From: an uncultured Chloroflexia bacterium
GTDB lineage: Bacteria; Chloroflexota; Limnocylindria; Limnocylindrales; CSP1-4
Length of the DNA stretch: 64,000 bases
Assembly: GCA_963748235.1 (NCBI GenBank)
Contig: CAVVHT010000009.1
Span: 1,336,225 to 1,400,224, forward strand
Reading direction: 5' to 3'
Both the position numbers and the translations under genes were made by a program. The notes under the pieces were generated by a model, which searched no databases, was not told the origin of the DNA, and was given only the letters and a program-made list of their open reading frames with translations. Positions 1-10,094 of this stretch are shown here, one piece after another (within the stretch, counting starts at the first letter, position 1; each line of letters opens with the position of its first letter).

Positions 1-141
1 CAGATCGCGCTCGCCTGGCTGTTGCGCCGCTCTCCGAACGTCTTGCCAATTCCGGGCAGTCTGTCGATCGCCCACGCGCGCGAAAATCTGGCCGCGCTCG
101 ACATTGAGCTGACCGACGCGGAGTTCGCGGCCCTTTCGTAG
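1..141 (+). CDS. Aldo/keto reductase, 3' end (partial)
   Basis: Frame 1 reads QIALAWLLRRSPNVLPIPGSLSIAHARENLAALDIELT-stop, a typical AKR C-terminus. Confidence 0.85.
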   Translation, partial: QIALAWLLRRSPNVLPIPGSLSIAHARENLAALDIELTDAEFAALS

Positions 142-358
142 CGCGACGGGTTTGAACAGCTTCGCTCGCCGGGTTGTGCGCTGGCCGAGCCGCAACGCTG
201 ATCAGTCGCCGAAATGTGCGCTGAACGCACGGGCACGACGGAAAGCTGGGTTCAGGCCGGCAAGGCTGTGCGATGGAGTGCACATCCCGAGATCGGTTGT
301 CATCCGTGGCTCGCGGGGCGCACATGGTGGTCCGTGGCGAGCTGAGCGTATCTCGACC

Positions 359-436
359 GGCCTGGCGGCAGCCCAAGTGGACTCGGCCTGGCGGCAATCC
401 AAATGGACTCGCCGCGCAATAGACTCGCCGCGCAAT
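359..436 (+). repeat. Short tandem duplications (26-nt x2, then GCCGCGCAAT x2) over the acyl-CoA synthetase promoter
   Basis: GGCCTGGCGGCAGCCCAAGTGGACTC (359-384) and GGCCTGGCGGCAATCCAAATGGACTC (385-410); GCCGCGCAAT at 411 and 427; may be an assembly artefact. Confidence 0.55.
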
Positions 437-2183
437 GTGGGAGCTGCCCGATCCACGCACGTTCGACTCGCTGCTCGACCTGATCGAGGACGCGGCGCGC
501 GCGATATGCCGGCCGCGAGCAGATGGCGCTGCGCACCGACGATGGGATGCGAGCTCCAGTGGACAGCGGCCGACGTCAACCGCCACTCGAAGCTCGTGGC
601 GTGGCGCCTGCGCGGCTCGGCCTGAAGCCCGGGCGATCGGCTGCTGACCTGGAGCCCCTCGACGCCCGCCCTGCCGGCGCTCTATTTCGGCGCGGCGCGC
701 GCCGGCGTTGTGGTCGTGCCGCTCGATCTGCGGATGGCGCCCGACGTCATGCAGCGCATCGCCAACAGCGCCGGCGCTGCAGTGGCTCGCCATGGGCACG
801 GGCCTGGACGCGCCCGACCCGGAACAAGGCGGGCTGGAGCACCTCAACATCCGGACCGTCGAGTGGCTGGCCGCCGAGCCTGCCCACCAGAACGCTGCGG
901 GAACCGACGAAGGCGGCCTCGACGATCACTTCCCCGACGGACTGGGAGCGCCAGGTCGATGCCTGGCCACGGCCGACGCGCGACACGCTGTTCGAGGTGA
1001 TCTACACCTCGGGCACGACGGGCACGCCCAAGGGCGTGATGCTCAAGCACGGCACGATCCTCTCGACGCTCGAGGCGATCACGCAAGATCCTGCCGCCGC
1101 GCGAGCATCGCACCGTCAGCCTGCTGCCGCCGTCGCACCTGTTCGAGCAGGCGCCGGTGCTGATGTTCGGCACGATGATCGGCGCGCACATCCTGTTCGT
1201 CCGCTCTCGCACGCCGCGCGTCATCTTCGAGGCGCTGCGCGAGGAGCGCGTCACGACGATGGTCCTCGTGCCGCAGCTGCTCGAGATCTTCTGGATCGGC
1301 CTCGAGCGCGAGATCAAGCGCCAGGGCAAGGACAAGACCTTCAATCGAGCTCGGAGGGTCGCCCGCTACCTGCCCTATTGGGCTCGGCGGCTGCTGTTCC
1401 GTCGGATCCACAAGCAGCTCGGCGGGAGCTGACGCTGCATGGTGTCGGCCGGCGCATACCTGCCGCCCGCACTCCAGCAAAAGTGGGAGGACCTCGGCGT
1501 CATCGTCCTCCAGGGCTACGGCGCGACCGAGTGCGGACCGGTGGCGGCCACACGCGTGCGACGATCACCCGATCGGCACGGTCGGCAAGACGCACCGAGC
1601 CGGTGCGGGTCAAGCTCGCCGAGGGGTCGAACGAGATCCTCGTCGGCGGCCCGACCGTCTTCGACGGCTACTGGCAGGATCCCGCCGCGACGGCGGCCGT
1701 GATGACCGATGACGGCTGGTATCGCACGGGCGACGTGGGCCGCTACGACAAGCGCGGCAACCTCGTCCTGCCGGGCCGGACCAAGAACATCATCGTCCTG
1801 CCCAACGGCCTCAACGTGTTCCCCGAGGACATCGAGAACGTGCTCGCGGACGTGGGGCTGCGAGCAGGCGGTCGTGCTCGAGACGGAGCCCGGCCGGATC
1901 GAGGCGATCGTCCTGTCGCCCGACGCGCCGCCGATGATCACGCCCAACCTGCCCGGCGCCACCGGCACCGCAGATCGACGAGGAGATCGCCGCGCTGCGG
2001 GAGCGCATCGAGCCGCTCATCAAGCAGGCCAACTCGAAGCTCAGCCAGCATCCAGCGCCTCGACGATTTCCGGATCTGGCCGGAGGCCGACTTCCCGCGC
2101 ACCCACACGCTCAAGATCAGGCGCTCCGAGGTCCAGCAGCTGGGCTGGCGCCGACGCGCCGCTGCCCTGCCAGGATTCGATGA
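435..2183 (+). CDS. AMP-binding long-chain acyl-CoA synthetase (frameshifted in this sequence; end approximate)
   Basis: YTSGTTGTPKGV AMP-binding motif, QGYGATE, GWYRTGD and GRTKNIIV across several frames; -10 TAGACT at 420-425 just upstream of ATG. Confidence 0.85.
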
Positions 2184-2230
2184 AAGAGCGCGGCTCCGGG
2201 GAGGGACCGCGCCGAGGGAGAGGGTGGCGA

Positions 2231-2642
2231 TTAGAAGTTCGCGGTGGCAGTGCCGCGGCAGACCTCGCCGGTCTTCGGGTTGACGGCCCGGCCGACAACG
2301 AAGTCGGTGCCGGCGCCGTTGCTGGTCACGCGCCGGACCTCGAACGAGCCGCTCGGCGGCTGGGTCGTGCGCTGGCCCTGTGAAGAAGACGTTGCCGTTC
2401 CTCTTGAGGCGGACGTTCCAGATCTGGCCGTTGATGTTTTGATCGATCTCGAACTCGACCTCGATCCGCCCGTTCTCGGGGCTGAGCTTGAGCTTCCAGT
2501 CGGTAGCGGCCCGCAGCAGTTGCCTTCCCGGATGACGTCGCCATCCTTGGCGGCAATGGCGGCCGGAAGGCTCGCGCAGCGCCGCGCGATCATGGCGATC
2601 GCTAGCGTGCCGGTAGCACCGCGCCGAAAGAGCTTCGTTCAC
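2231..2642 (-). CDS. Small secreted hypothetical protein (frameshifted)
   Basis: GGAGG RBS before GTG at 2642; pieces KDGDVIREGNC / TDWKLKLSPENGRIEVEFEIDQN / GSFEVRRVTSNGAGTDFVVGRAVNPKTGEVC; hairpin plus T-run downstream (~2183-2210). Confidence 0.7.
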
Positions 2643-2905
2643 GTTTGCTTCCTCCGAATTCTTGGCATCTCCCCCGGCGGGCCAGGGTGGTTTCGCCTTG
2701 CCCAGATGTTCGGCTGCAGGCCGGTGATCGCGCCACGGGCGGCAGTCGGGAAATTGAACCGACCTTGGTCTGAAACGCTTCGGGCCGTTCGGCCGTATGG
2801 AGGTTGCGGGGATCGGCCGTACGATGGCTGCCGATGACACGCGCAACGCCGATTCCGGCTGCCCCGAAGGCGGCGACGTCCGCTGTGACCGATGCGCGAG
2901 CACAG

Positions 2906-4313
2906 ATGTCGCTCCGCCAGCGCCTATCGCACAGCCTCGGCTTGCAGTCGAACTCGCTCGCTCGTCGATTCCTGCTTGCCAGCCTGGTGGTGCTGCTCGC
3001 GGCCGGCGTCGTCATCGGCTGGTGGGTCGGCGACCAGCTCGAGCGCGGCATCATCGACCGAACTGCCTCGATCACCGGCCTATATGTCCAGAGCTTCATC
3101 GCGCCGCAACTCGAATCGCTGGCCGCCAACGAGTGGCTGAGTGACGACGAGAAGGCCGAGCTCGACGAGCTGCTGACCGACACGACCCGTTCGGCGAACG
3201 CGTCGTCGTCGCTCAAGGTGTGGCGTCCCGACGGCGTGATCATGTACAGCCCGGATCGGGAGCTGATCGGCGAGCAGTTCCCCGTCGAGGGCGAGCTGGC
3301 CGCGGCGCTGAGCGGCGACGGTCAGCGCGGAGATGAGCAACCTGCGAGGTCCAGGAAAACATCAGCGAGCAGGACCGCTTCGACCAGCTGCTGGAGATGT
3401 ACCTGCCGGTCCGCGAGCGCGGCAGCAAGCGCATCATCGCCGTCGCCGAGTTCTACCAGCATGCCGACCGAGATCGAGCAACAGGTAAGCGGCGCCCGCA
3501 CAGTCCGTCGTGGCTCGGTCGTCGCGGTCGCGGTCGCGCTGGCTTACCTGCTGCTGTTCGGCATCGTCCGGCAGGGCAGCGACACGATCGATCGACAGCA
3601 GACTGGCGCTGGAGAGCCAGGTGACCGAGCTGTCAACCCTGCTCGACCAGAACGAGCAGCTGCGCGGGCGGGTCGAGAGCCGCAGCCGAACGAACCACGA
3701 CACTCAGCGAGCGCAACCTGCGCCGAATCAGCGGCGACCTGCACGACGGGCCCGGCCAGATGCTGGCTCTGGCGATGATGCGCCTCGATCGGTTCCGCAA
3801 TCGCGGCGACAAGCCGGCCACGGACGACGAGGTACGTCGAGCTCCAGGCCGTGCTCGGCGAGGCGCTGCGGCGACATGCGTGCCGATCGCCGCCGGCCTG
3901 CGCCTGCCCGAGCTGGAGAGCGCTGTCCACCGCGGAAGTGGTTCGACGGGCGGTGGACGATCACGTCCGACGCACCGGCACGTGAAAGTCGAGATCGAAG
4001 TAGACGCCGCTGTCGAAGGAGGCCCCGCTGCCGATCAAGATCGCGCTATTCCGCGCACTCCAGGAGCTGCTGTCCAATTCGACCCGCCACGGCGACGGCA
4101 AGGACGTGTCGGTGCTTGTCACCGAGAACAACCGAATGGCTGCGGCTGACCGTGTCGGACGGCGGACCAGGCTTCGACGCTGAGCGCGTCGGCGAGGAGG
4201 GCCATCTCGGCCTGGCCGGCATCCGCGAACAGGCGGAGCTGCTCGGTGGCACGTTCGAGATCAACGGCAGCGAAGGATCGGGCGCGCGCGTGACCGTGTC
4301 ATGGCCTCTGTGA
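2906..4313 (+). CDS. Membrane sensor histidine kinase, HisKA_3/NarX type (frameshifted)
   Basis: Two TM segments, H-box DLHDGPGQ, HATPase motifs QELLSN, VSDGGPGFD, GHLGLAGIREQAELLGG. Confidence 0.85.
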
Positions 4314-4329
4314 ACGGTTCGTGGTCGGC

Positions 4330-4991
4330 ATGAGCGACCCCATTCGGATCGTCGTCGCCGACGACCATCCAATGTTTCGTGCCGGGGTGGTCGCCTCGCT
4401 GGCGGCGCAACCCGACGTAGAGGTCGTCGCCGAAGGCAGCTCGGCGGCAGAGGCGCTACGCCTCGTCGAGCTGCACAGCCCCGACATCTGCCTGCTCGAC
4501 ATCGCGATGCCCGGCGGCGGCCTGACCGCGGCGCGCGACATAACGGCCGCGTCGCCCGCAGACGCGCGTCGTGATGCTGACAGTGTCGGAGGACGAGGAC
4601 GATCTGCTCGCGGCAATGAAGGCGGGCGCGTCGGGCTACGTGCTGAAGGGCGCCGCCGCGTCCGAGCTGTCGACGTGCTGCGCAAGCGTCCATGCCGGCG
4701 AGGTGTACGTCGCGCCGGGGCTTGCCTGGGGCCTGTTGCGCGAGATGAGCCGGCCGAAGTCGGCGCCGACTCGACGAGCTGTCAGCGCGCGAGCGCGAGG
4801 TGCTGGAGCTGGTCGCGGCCGGGCTTTGAGCAACCAGGAGATCGGCGACCGGCTGCGGCCTCGCCGAGAAGACGATCAAGCACTACATGACGAGCATCCT
4901 CGGCAAGCTGCGTGTGCGCAGCCGGGTTGAGGCCGCGCTCGTCGCCTACCGCGAGGGCATGGCCCCCGCGCCCGACGACCGCGAGGAATAG
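4330..4991 (+). CDS. NarL/LuxR-family response regulator (frameshifted)
   Basis: IVVADDHPMFRAG, LLDIAMPG, GASGYVLKG, C-terminal SNQEIG..EKTIKHYMTSILGKL HTH. Confidence 0.88.
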
Positions 4992-5035
4992 CCGAGAAGT
5001 TCCGCTACTCGGTGCTCAGGTCTGCTTCACACCTG

Positions 5036-5204
5036 TTCCACCCGGTGAAAGCAAAAGCCAAGTTAGGCATCCGCAGACTCGTGGACGGCCAAAGAACGAG
5101 TCGAAGTTGGCGAGTTGTTCCACGCCATGAAACTCGCACTCAAGATTTGCTGACGACGGCTGCCGGAGTCGGCCCTTCTTGATCGCTACTTCCACCCGGT
5201 GAAA
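5036..5204. repeat. Three copies of imperfect palindrome TTCCACNCNNTGAAA between convergent genes
   Basis: TTCCACCCGGTGAAA at 5036-5050 and 5190-5204; TTCCACGCCATGAAA at 5118-5132. Confidence 0.7.
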
Positions 5205-5243
5205 CTTATGAGGCAGAGCGAGCTCGCCGCAGCGACGTTCGTC

Positions 5244-5591
5244 CTAGCCGGGCGGCCAGCTCATCGATCGGCCGCCGAGCAGGTGGAAGTGCAGGTGCGG
5301 AACACTCTGGCCCGCCCCTTCGCCTACATTGCTAACGAGTCGGTAGCCCTTCTCTGAGATATCGGCGTCCCTTGCCAGCTGAGCGCCGACTGCGAACAGT
5401 CTACCGAGCATCGAGCCGTGAGCCTCGGTCAGATCAGCTGCCGACTGGACGTGCTCGCGCGGCATGAGCAGGACATGAGTCGGAGCCTTGGGATTGATGT
5501 CTCGAATCGCGACGACAAGGTCGTCGTTATGCAGGAAATCGCCGGGCAGCTCGCCGGCGATGATGCGGCAGAACAGACAGTCATTGGCCAT
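5244..5591 (-). CDS. Histidine triad (HIT) nucleotide-binding protein, HinT-like
   Basis: DCLFCRII N-terminus, GQSVPHLHFHLLGGR triad motif, WPPG end. Confidence 0.93.
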   Translation of the reverse strand: MANDCLFCRIIAGELPGDFLHNDDLVVAIRDINPKAPTHVLLMPREHVQSAADLTEAHGSMLGRLFAVGAQLARDADISEKGYRLVSNVGEGAGQSVPHLHFHLLGGRSMSWPPG

Positions 5592-5613
5592 GCCTGCCAT
5601 CGTAGCCAGACGG

Positions 5614-6087
5614 CTAGAACTCGGGCTTGGTCGACATTAGGAAGCCGATTACGCCGATGAGGCCGGCCATCAGGTAGCTCACGTAGCGTTGCCGACGGGC
5701 CCAGTTTCGCCAGCGATCGCGCGTTTCGTCGCTCGCGTCCGGTCTCACACCAAGCAGTCGCTGCAGCCCGGGACGCTGGACAAAGAACGCCAGCAGCAGG
5801 TTCGTGGCGTAGATCGCCAGCGCCAGCAGCAGCCACGGTTGGGTGAGAAGTTGCGTGCCGAGGGTGAGGATCAGCAGTACGCCAGTCAGAGCAAGGCCGG
5901 CGCCGATGATCAAGGTGCCGTTGCGCTGAAGCCAGAACAGCGTCCGCGAGACGCGGCCCTGCCCTTCCTCGAACTTGCCACCGTGCAGGCGCAGGGCGAA
6001 GGGCAGCAGGATTGACGGCAGGAAAAGCGAGATGGCAAGCACGATGTGGGTCACCAAGACCACCGGGAAGAGTGAGGCGAGCGACAT
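5614..6087 (-). CDS. Four-TM membrane protein, DUF2269-like
   Basis: LVTHIVLA, QPWLLLAL and FLMSTKP C-terminal motif. Confidence 0.7.
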   Translation of the reverse strand: MSLASLFPVVLVTHIVLAISLFLPSILLPFALRLHGGKFEEGQGRVSRTLFWLQRNGTLIIGAGLALTGVLLILTLGTQLLTQPWLLLALAIYATNLLLAFFVQRPGLQRLLGVRPDASDETRDRWRNWARRQRYVSYLMAGLIGVIGFLMSTKPEF

Positions 6088-6089
6088 CG

Positions 6090-7079
6090 CTACGCGGGAC
6101 GCGTCGCGGGACGGATCGCCACCAGACCAACCCAATCCGTCTCGGGGCTGCGGCTGATAACGCGCAGGCCGGCCTTCTCGAATGCGGACACCACATCAGT
6201 CTCACGGTCCCTGAAGATGCCGCTCGCCACCAGCCGCCCGACGTCAGGCTTGACCACCGCCGCCAGCTGGTCGGCGATGGCGACGAGCACCCCGGCCACG
6301 AGATTGGCAAGGACGAGGTCGAACTCCTCGGTCGCCGGCAGCGGCAGCGAGCCACGCCGCGCCTCGACCAGGTTGCCGAGGCCGTTGGCGGCCGCGTTCT
6401 GGGCGGTCACCTCTGCCGCCAACGGGTCCGTATCGACGGCGAGCACGCTGCTCGCGCCGAGCAGGCCGGCGCAGATGGCCAGGATCCCCGATCCACAGCC
6501 GACGTCGAGCACACGCTCGCCGGAGACTCTCCCCTCGTCGGCCAGCTCCTCGATGCTGGCGAGGCACAACCGCGTCGATGGATGCAGTCCGGTGCCGAAG
6601 GCCATGCCCGGGTCGAGGCTGATCACCACGTCGTCGGCCGACGCGGAATGGTCACGCCACGTGGGCCGAATCACGATCCGGCGGCCGACTCGAAGAACCG
6701 GGAAGTGCTGCTTCCAGGCCTCGGCCCAGTCCTCCTCGTGGACGATGCGCGTGGCGAGCTCGCCGATGGGTCGCAGCGCGAAGGCCTGCAGGTGGCCAAG
6801 ATCGCGACGCACGCCATCGAAGGCTGCGTTCGCGGCAGCCGGATCATCGGCCGAGATGTAGCCACGGACCGTGGCCGGCTGCCCGGTGTCGACGCGCGCC
6901 GCCAGGCCCTCCTCGAGCGTCTCGAACGGAGCCTCCACCGAAACGCCGCCCGGGCACGCACGCGAGATGATCTCGCTTACCTGCTCGACCGCCTCGTGGT
7001 CGACGCTGACCGACAGCTCGAACCAGCTGCCGCCGGCCGACTGCCCGTCCTCGGCCGCAAGCTCGTGTAAATCCGTCAG
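6090..7079 (-). CDS. prmA: 50S ribosomal protein L11 methyltransferase (start uncertain)
   Basis: EEDWAEAWKQHF, LDPGMAFGTGLHPST, VLDVGCGSGILAI; directly downstream of dnaJ. Confidence 0.93.
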   Translation of the reverse strand: MTDLHELAAEDGQSAGGSWFELSVSVDHEAVEQVSEIISRACPGGVSVEAPFETLEEGLAARVDTGQPATVRGYISADDPAAANAAFDGVRRDLGHLQAFALRPIGELATRIVHEEDWAEAWKQHFPVLRVGRRIVIRPTWRDHSASADDVVISLDPGMAFGTGLHPSTRLCLASIEELADEGRVSGERVLDVGCGSGILAICAGLLGASSVLAVDTDPLAAEVTAQNAAANGLGNLVEARRGSLPLPATEEFDLVLANLVAGVLVAIADQLAAVVKPDVGRLVASGIFRDRETDVVSAFEKAGLRVISRSPETDWVGLVAIRPATRPA

Positions 7080-8287
7080 CTGATCGCGTCCCGTAGTCGG
7101 TCGCGCAGCCCGCTTTTGTCGCGCCGGCGCGACTTCGAGCGGCGCTGGGTGCCAGTCGTCGGGTCCGCTCCCGGCGCGCCTGATTCGGCCGCCGGATCCT
7201 CGTCGGATTCGCCCAGCTCCGCGGACAGCTCCTCGAGCAGCTCGCGCTGGCGTGCCGAGAGTCGGTTGGGCACGCGGACGTCGATCATCACGTGGACGTC
7301 GCCGCGTGATCCCGGCCGACGCAGGTGCGGTACGCCCTTGCCGCGCAGCCTGATCTCCGCCCCAGCCTGGGTACCGGGCTTGATCTCGACCAGCTCGTCG
7401 CCGTCGGCAGTTGGCACCTTCAGCCGAGCGCCGAGCGAGGCCTGGGTGATGCTGATCGGCAGCTCGAAGTAGAGCTCCGTGTCGCGCCGGCGAAGCGTCG
7501 GGTGCTGCGTGACATGCGCCACCACGTACAGGTTGCCCGGCACTCCCCCACGCGGCGCGGCCTCGCCCTCGCCCGATATGCGGATCTGGTGGCCGTCGTC
7601 GATGCCCGGCGGGACGGTCACATGCAGCTTGCGCTTGCGCTCGATGCGCGCCTCGCCGTGGCAGGTGGGACACGGCTTCTCGATGATCGTGCCGGTGCCG
7701 TTGCAGCGGTCGCAGATGGTGACGTTGACGATCTGGCCGAGCATCGTCGAACGCACCTGGCGCAGCTCGCCGCTGCCCTGGCACTTGGGGCACGTGACCG
7801 GCGCGCTCGACGGCTCCGCTCCGGACCCGGCACACGTCTCGCAGCGCGTCAGTGCCGTGAACTCGATCTCTTTCTCGGCGCCGTTGATCGACTCGGCGAA
7901 GGTCAGCTGGATGTCGTAGCGCAGGTCCGCGCCGGTCGCCACACGTGGCCGCCGGCCGCCGGCCGCGGCCCCGCCGAACACCGCGTCGAACAGGTCGCCG
8001 AAGCCCTGGAATCCGCCCTGGAATCCGCCTTGTCCGCCGCCGAACGGGTCGCCTCCACCGTTGCCGACGCCAGCGTGGCCGAACATGTCGTAGGCCTGCC
8101 TGCGCTGCGGATCGGACAGCACCTGATACGCCTCGTTGATCTCTTTGAAGCGATCGTCGGCCTCGGCCGTGGTGTTTACGTCGGGGTGCCACTGCTGCGC
8201 CAACTTCCGGAACGAGCGCTTGATGTCGTCGTCGCCGGCGCCGCGTGGCACGCCCAAAATGTCGTAGTAGTCACGCTGGGTGGCCAT
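7076..8287 (-). CDS. dnaJ: Chaperone DnaJ
   Basis: J-domain with HPD, G/F-rich region, four CxxCxGxG-type zinc repeats. Confidence 0.97.
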   Translation of the reverse strand: MATQRDYYDILGVPRGAGDDDIKRSFRKLAQQWHPDVNTTAEADDRFKEINEAYQVLSDPQRRQAYDMFGHAGVGNGGGDPFGGGQGGFQGGFQGFGDLFDAVFGGAAAGGRRPRVATGADLRYDIQLTFAESINGAEKEIEFTALTRCETCAGSGAEPSSAPVTCPKCQGSGELRQVRSTMLGQIVNVTICDRCNGTGTIIEKPCPTCHGEARIERKRKLHVTVPPGIDDGHQIRISGEGEAAPRGGVPGNLYVVAHVTQHPTLRRRDTELYFELPISITQASLGARLKVPTADGDELVEIKPGTQAGAEIRLRGKGVPHLRRPGSRGDVHVMIDVRVPNRLSARQRELLEELSAELGESDEDPAAESGAPGADPTTGTQRRSKSRRRDKSGLRDRLRDAIS

Positions 8288-8327
8288 GCGCATCCGAGTA
8301 TAGGGAAGGTCTACAGTTCGACCTCCC

Positions 8328-9584
8328 GTGCCCACCGAACTTTCCGCCGACGCCGCCCGCCGCTTTCTGGTCGCACGGCACGGCCTTGCCCCGCCGCGTC
8401 ACTTTCCGCCCGAGGCGGAGAGCGTTCTACGTGTAATCGAGCGGCTCGGCTCGCTCCAATTCGACCCGCTCGAGGTGCCTGGCGCGCGCAACCACGACCT
8501 CGTGCTGCACGCTCGGATCGCCGGCTACCGGCGCGAGTGGTGCGAGCAGTGGCTGTACGGCGACGATCGGCGACTGTTCGAGATCTACAACAAGAGCCTC
8601 AACATCGTCCCGTTGGAGGAGCTGCCGCACTACAGCATCCAGTGGACGCGCCACCTGGAGCGCTACTCGGACGGTGTTCTGCGCGACCACTCCGACGTCG
8701 TCGACGACGTGCTCCAGACGCTCGAAGCCAGGGGCCCACTATCGACGGCCGACTTCGGCAAGCACTCCCACACGGTCGACTGGTGGTGGGCACCGACTCG
8801 GGCGTCGAGGGCCGTGCTCGAGGCCCTGTTCGTGATCGGCCGCGTCGGGATCTCCCGCCGTGAGGGCAATCGGCGCTACTACGACCTGATCGAGCGGCTC
8901 GTGCCGGCCGCGGTGCTCGCCGATCGGGAGCCGGCGGCGGTCGCCAATCAACATCGGCTGCTGTCCCGCTTTCGGGGAGTCGGCCTGACCAGCCCGACGG
9001 CCAACACCGAGGTCGTCGTGGGCACCGGCAATGCGGCCGAACGGCGTCGGATCACGGACGAGCTGGTAGAGCGCGGCTCGTTGATCGCCGTCCAGGTCGA
9101 GGACCTCAAGACCGAGCGCTACGTCGTGGCGGAAGATCGGCCGTGGCTTGAGGCGGCTGCGGCGGCAAGGTCCGTCGCCAATCCCGGGGTGGCGTTCATT
9201 GCGCCGCTCGACCCGTTCATGTGGGATCGAAAGCTGGTGCGCGAACTGTTCGGCTTCGACTACATCTGGGAGGTCTATGTGCCCGAGCCGAAGCGGCGCT
9301 GGGGCTACTACGTGCTGCCGATCCTCTTCGGCGATCGTCTCGTCGGCCGTTTCGAGCCGCGCCTAGATCGGGCAAGGCGCCAGTTGCGCGTGCTGGGGAT
9401 CTGGTGGGAGAGCGGCTTCAACCCGCGCACGGCGGATGGATTCGTCCCAGCGATGCGCACGGCACTCGCCGCCTACTGCGATTTCGTGGGTGCCAAATCG
9501 GTCGACTGGGAACCCGCGACAGGTTCGGCCAGCCGGCTGTTCGGTCGGTCGCCCGCGCGAGCCGGAAGAGCCACCCCGAAATAG
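8328..9584 (+). CDS. YcaQ/AlkZ-like (HTH_42) crosslink-repair DNA glycosylase
   Basis: LQFDP (QxD motif), APLDPFMWDR, FGFDYIWEVYVPEPKRRWGYYVLPILFGD typical of YcaQ. Confidence 0.85.
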   Translation: MPTELSADAARRFLVARHGLAPPRHFPPEAESVLRVIERLGSLQFDPLEVPGARNHDLVLHARIAGYRREWCEQWLYGDDRRLFEIYNKSLNIVPLEELPHYSIQWTRHLERYSDGVLRDHSDVVDDVLQTLEARGPLSTADFGKHSHTVDWWWAPTRASRAVLEALFVIGRVGISRREGNRRYYDLIERLVPAAVLADREPAAVANQHRLLSRFRGVGLTSPTANTEVVVGTGNAAERRRITDELVERGSLIAVQVEDLKTERYVVAEDRPWLEAAAAARSVANPGVAFIAPLDPFMWDRKLVRELFGFDYIWEVYVPEPKRRWGYYVLPILFGDRLVGRFEPRLDRARRQLRVLGIWWESGFNPRTADGFVPAMRTALAAYCDFVGAKSVDWEPATGSASRLFGRSPARAGRATPK

Positions 9585-9586
9585 GA

Positions 9587-9619
9587 ACGGCGCCCTGGCT
9601 GGGATTGCCAGAGCGCCGT
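9587..9619. terminator. Hairpin between convergent genes
   Basis: ACGGCGCCCTGGC-TGGGATT-GCCAGAGCGCCGT. Confidence 0.5.
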
Positions 9620-9639
9620 CAAAGAGGTGTCGGGGTCGG

Positions 9640-9975
9640 CTACATGATGCCGATGACGTGACCCTCGGGATCGGCGAAGAGGGCGACCGTGGTCTCGGGT
9701 GCGACCTCGGTCAGCGGCATGATCACCTGGCCGCCGCTGGCAGACGCCTTGTCGAGCACGCCCTGCGGATCGTCGGTGTGGATGTAGAACGTGACGTGGC
9801 CCGCGCCCCCGTCGTTCGACGTGCCGACGCCGGCGCTCAGGTCGCCCTGGCGGATCATTCCGTAGCCGCCCGGGTTGTTGGTGTCGAAGCTCCAGCCCAG
9901 AACGTCGCTGTAGAACTTCTGCAGCTTGGCTCCGTCCTTGCCCACGACTTCGACGTGAATGACGTTGCTTCCCAT
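9640..9975 (-). CDS. VOC/glyoxalase family protein
   Basis: VIHVEV..FYSDVLGW..FADPEGHVIG; GGGAGG RBS. Confidence 0.88.
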   Translation of the reverse strand: MGSNVIHVEVVGKDGAKLQKFYSDVLGWSFDTNNPGGYGMIRQGDLSAGVGTSNDGGAGHVTFYIHTDDPQGVLDKASASGGQVIMPLTEVAPETTVALFADPEGHVIGIM

Positions 9976-10094
9976 TGGGTAACCTCCCTATTGGACCCTG
10001 TTGTCACGGCTCAATTCGACCGTCTTAACCTAACTACGAACGGTCCTCCGACAAATCGACACACCGCAAGACACAACCAAAACTTGGAGTTGCG

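Noticed and set aside
435-4991. Multiple frameshifts as pseudogenisation or programmed frameshifting
   Set aside because: Indels cluster in patches (also 21135-27548, gap, dnaE2, imuB), hit essential gap, and leave catalytic motifs intact; best explained as long-read consensus errors
5036-5204. CRISPR array or true parS sites
   Set aside because: Only three 15-nt units with 57-67 nt gaps and no cas genes; central spacing is 3 nt longer than parS
6090-8192. 700-aa ORF suggesting a DnaJ-overlapping PrmA fusion
   Set aside because: N-terminal half is an alternative-frame shadow of dnaJ typical of high-GC DNA; PrmA similarity starts near 7079
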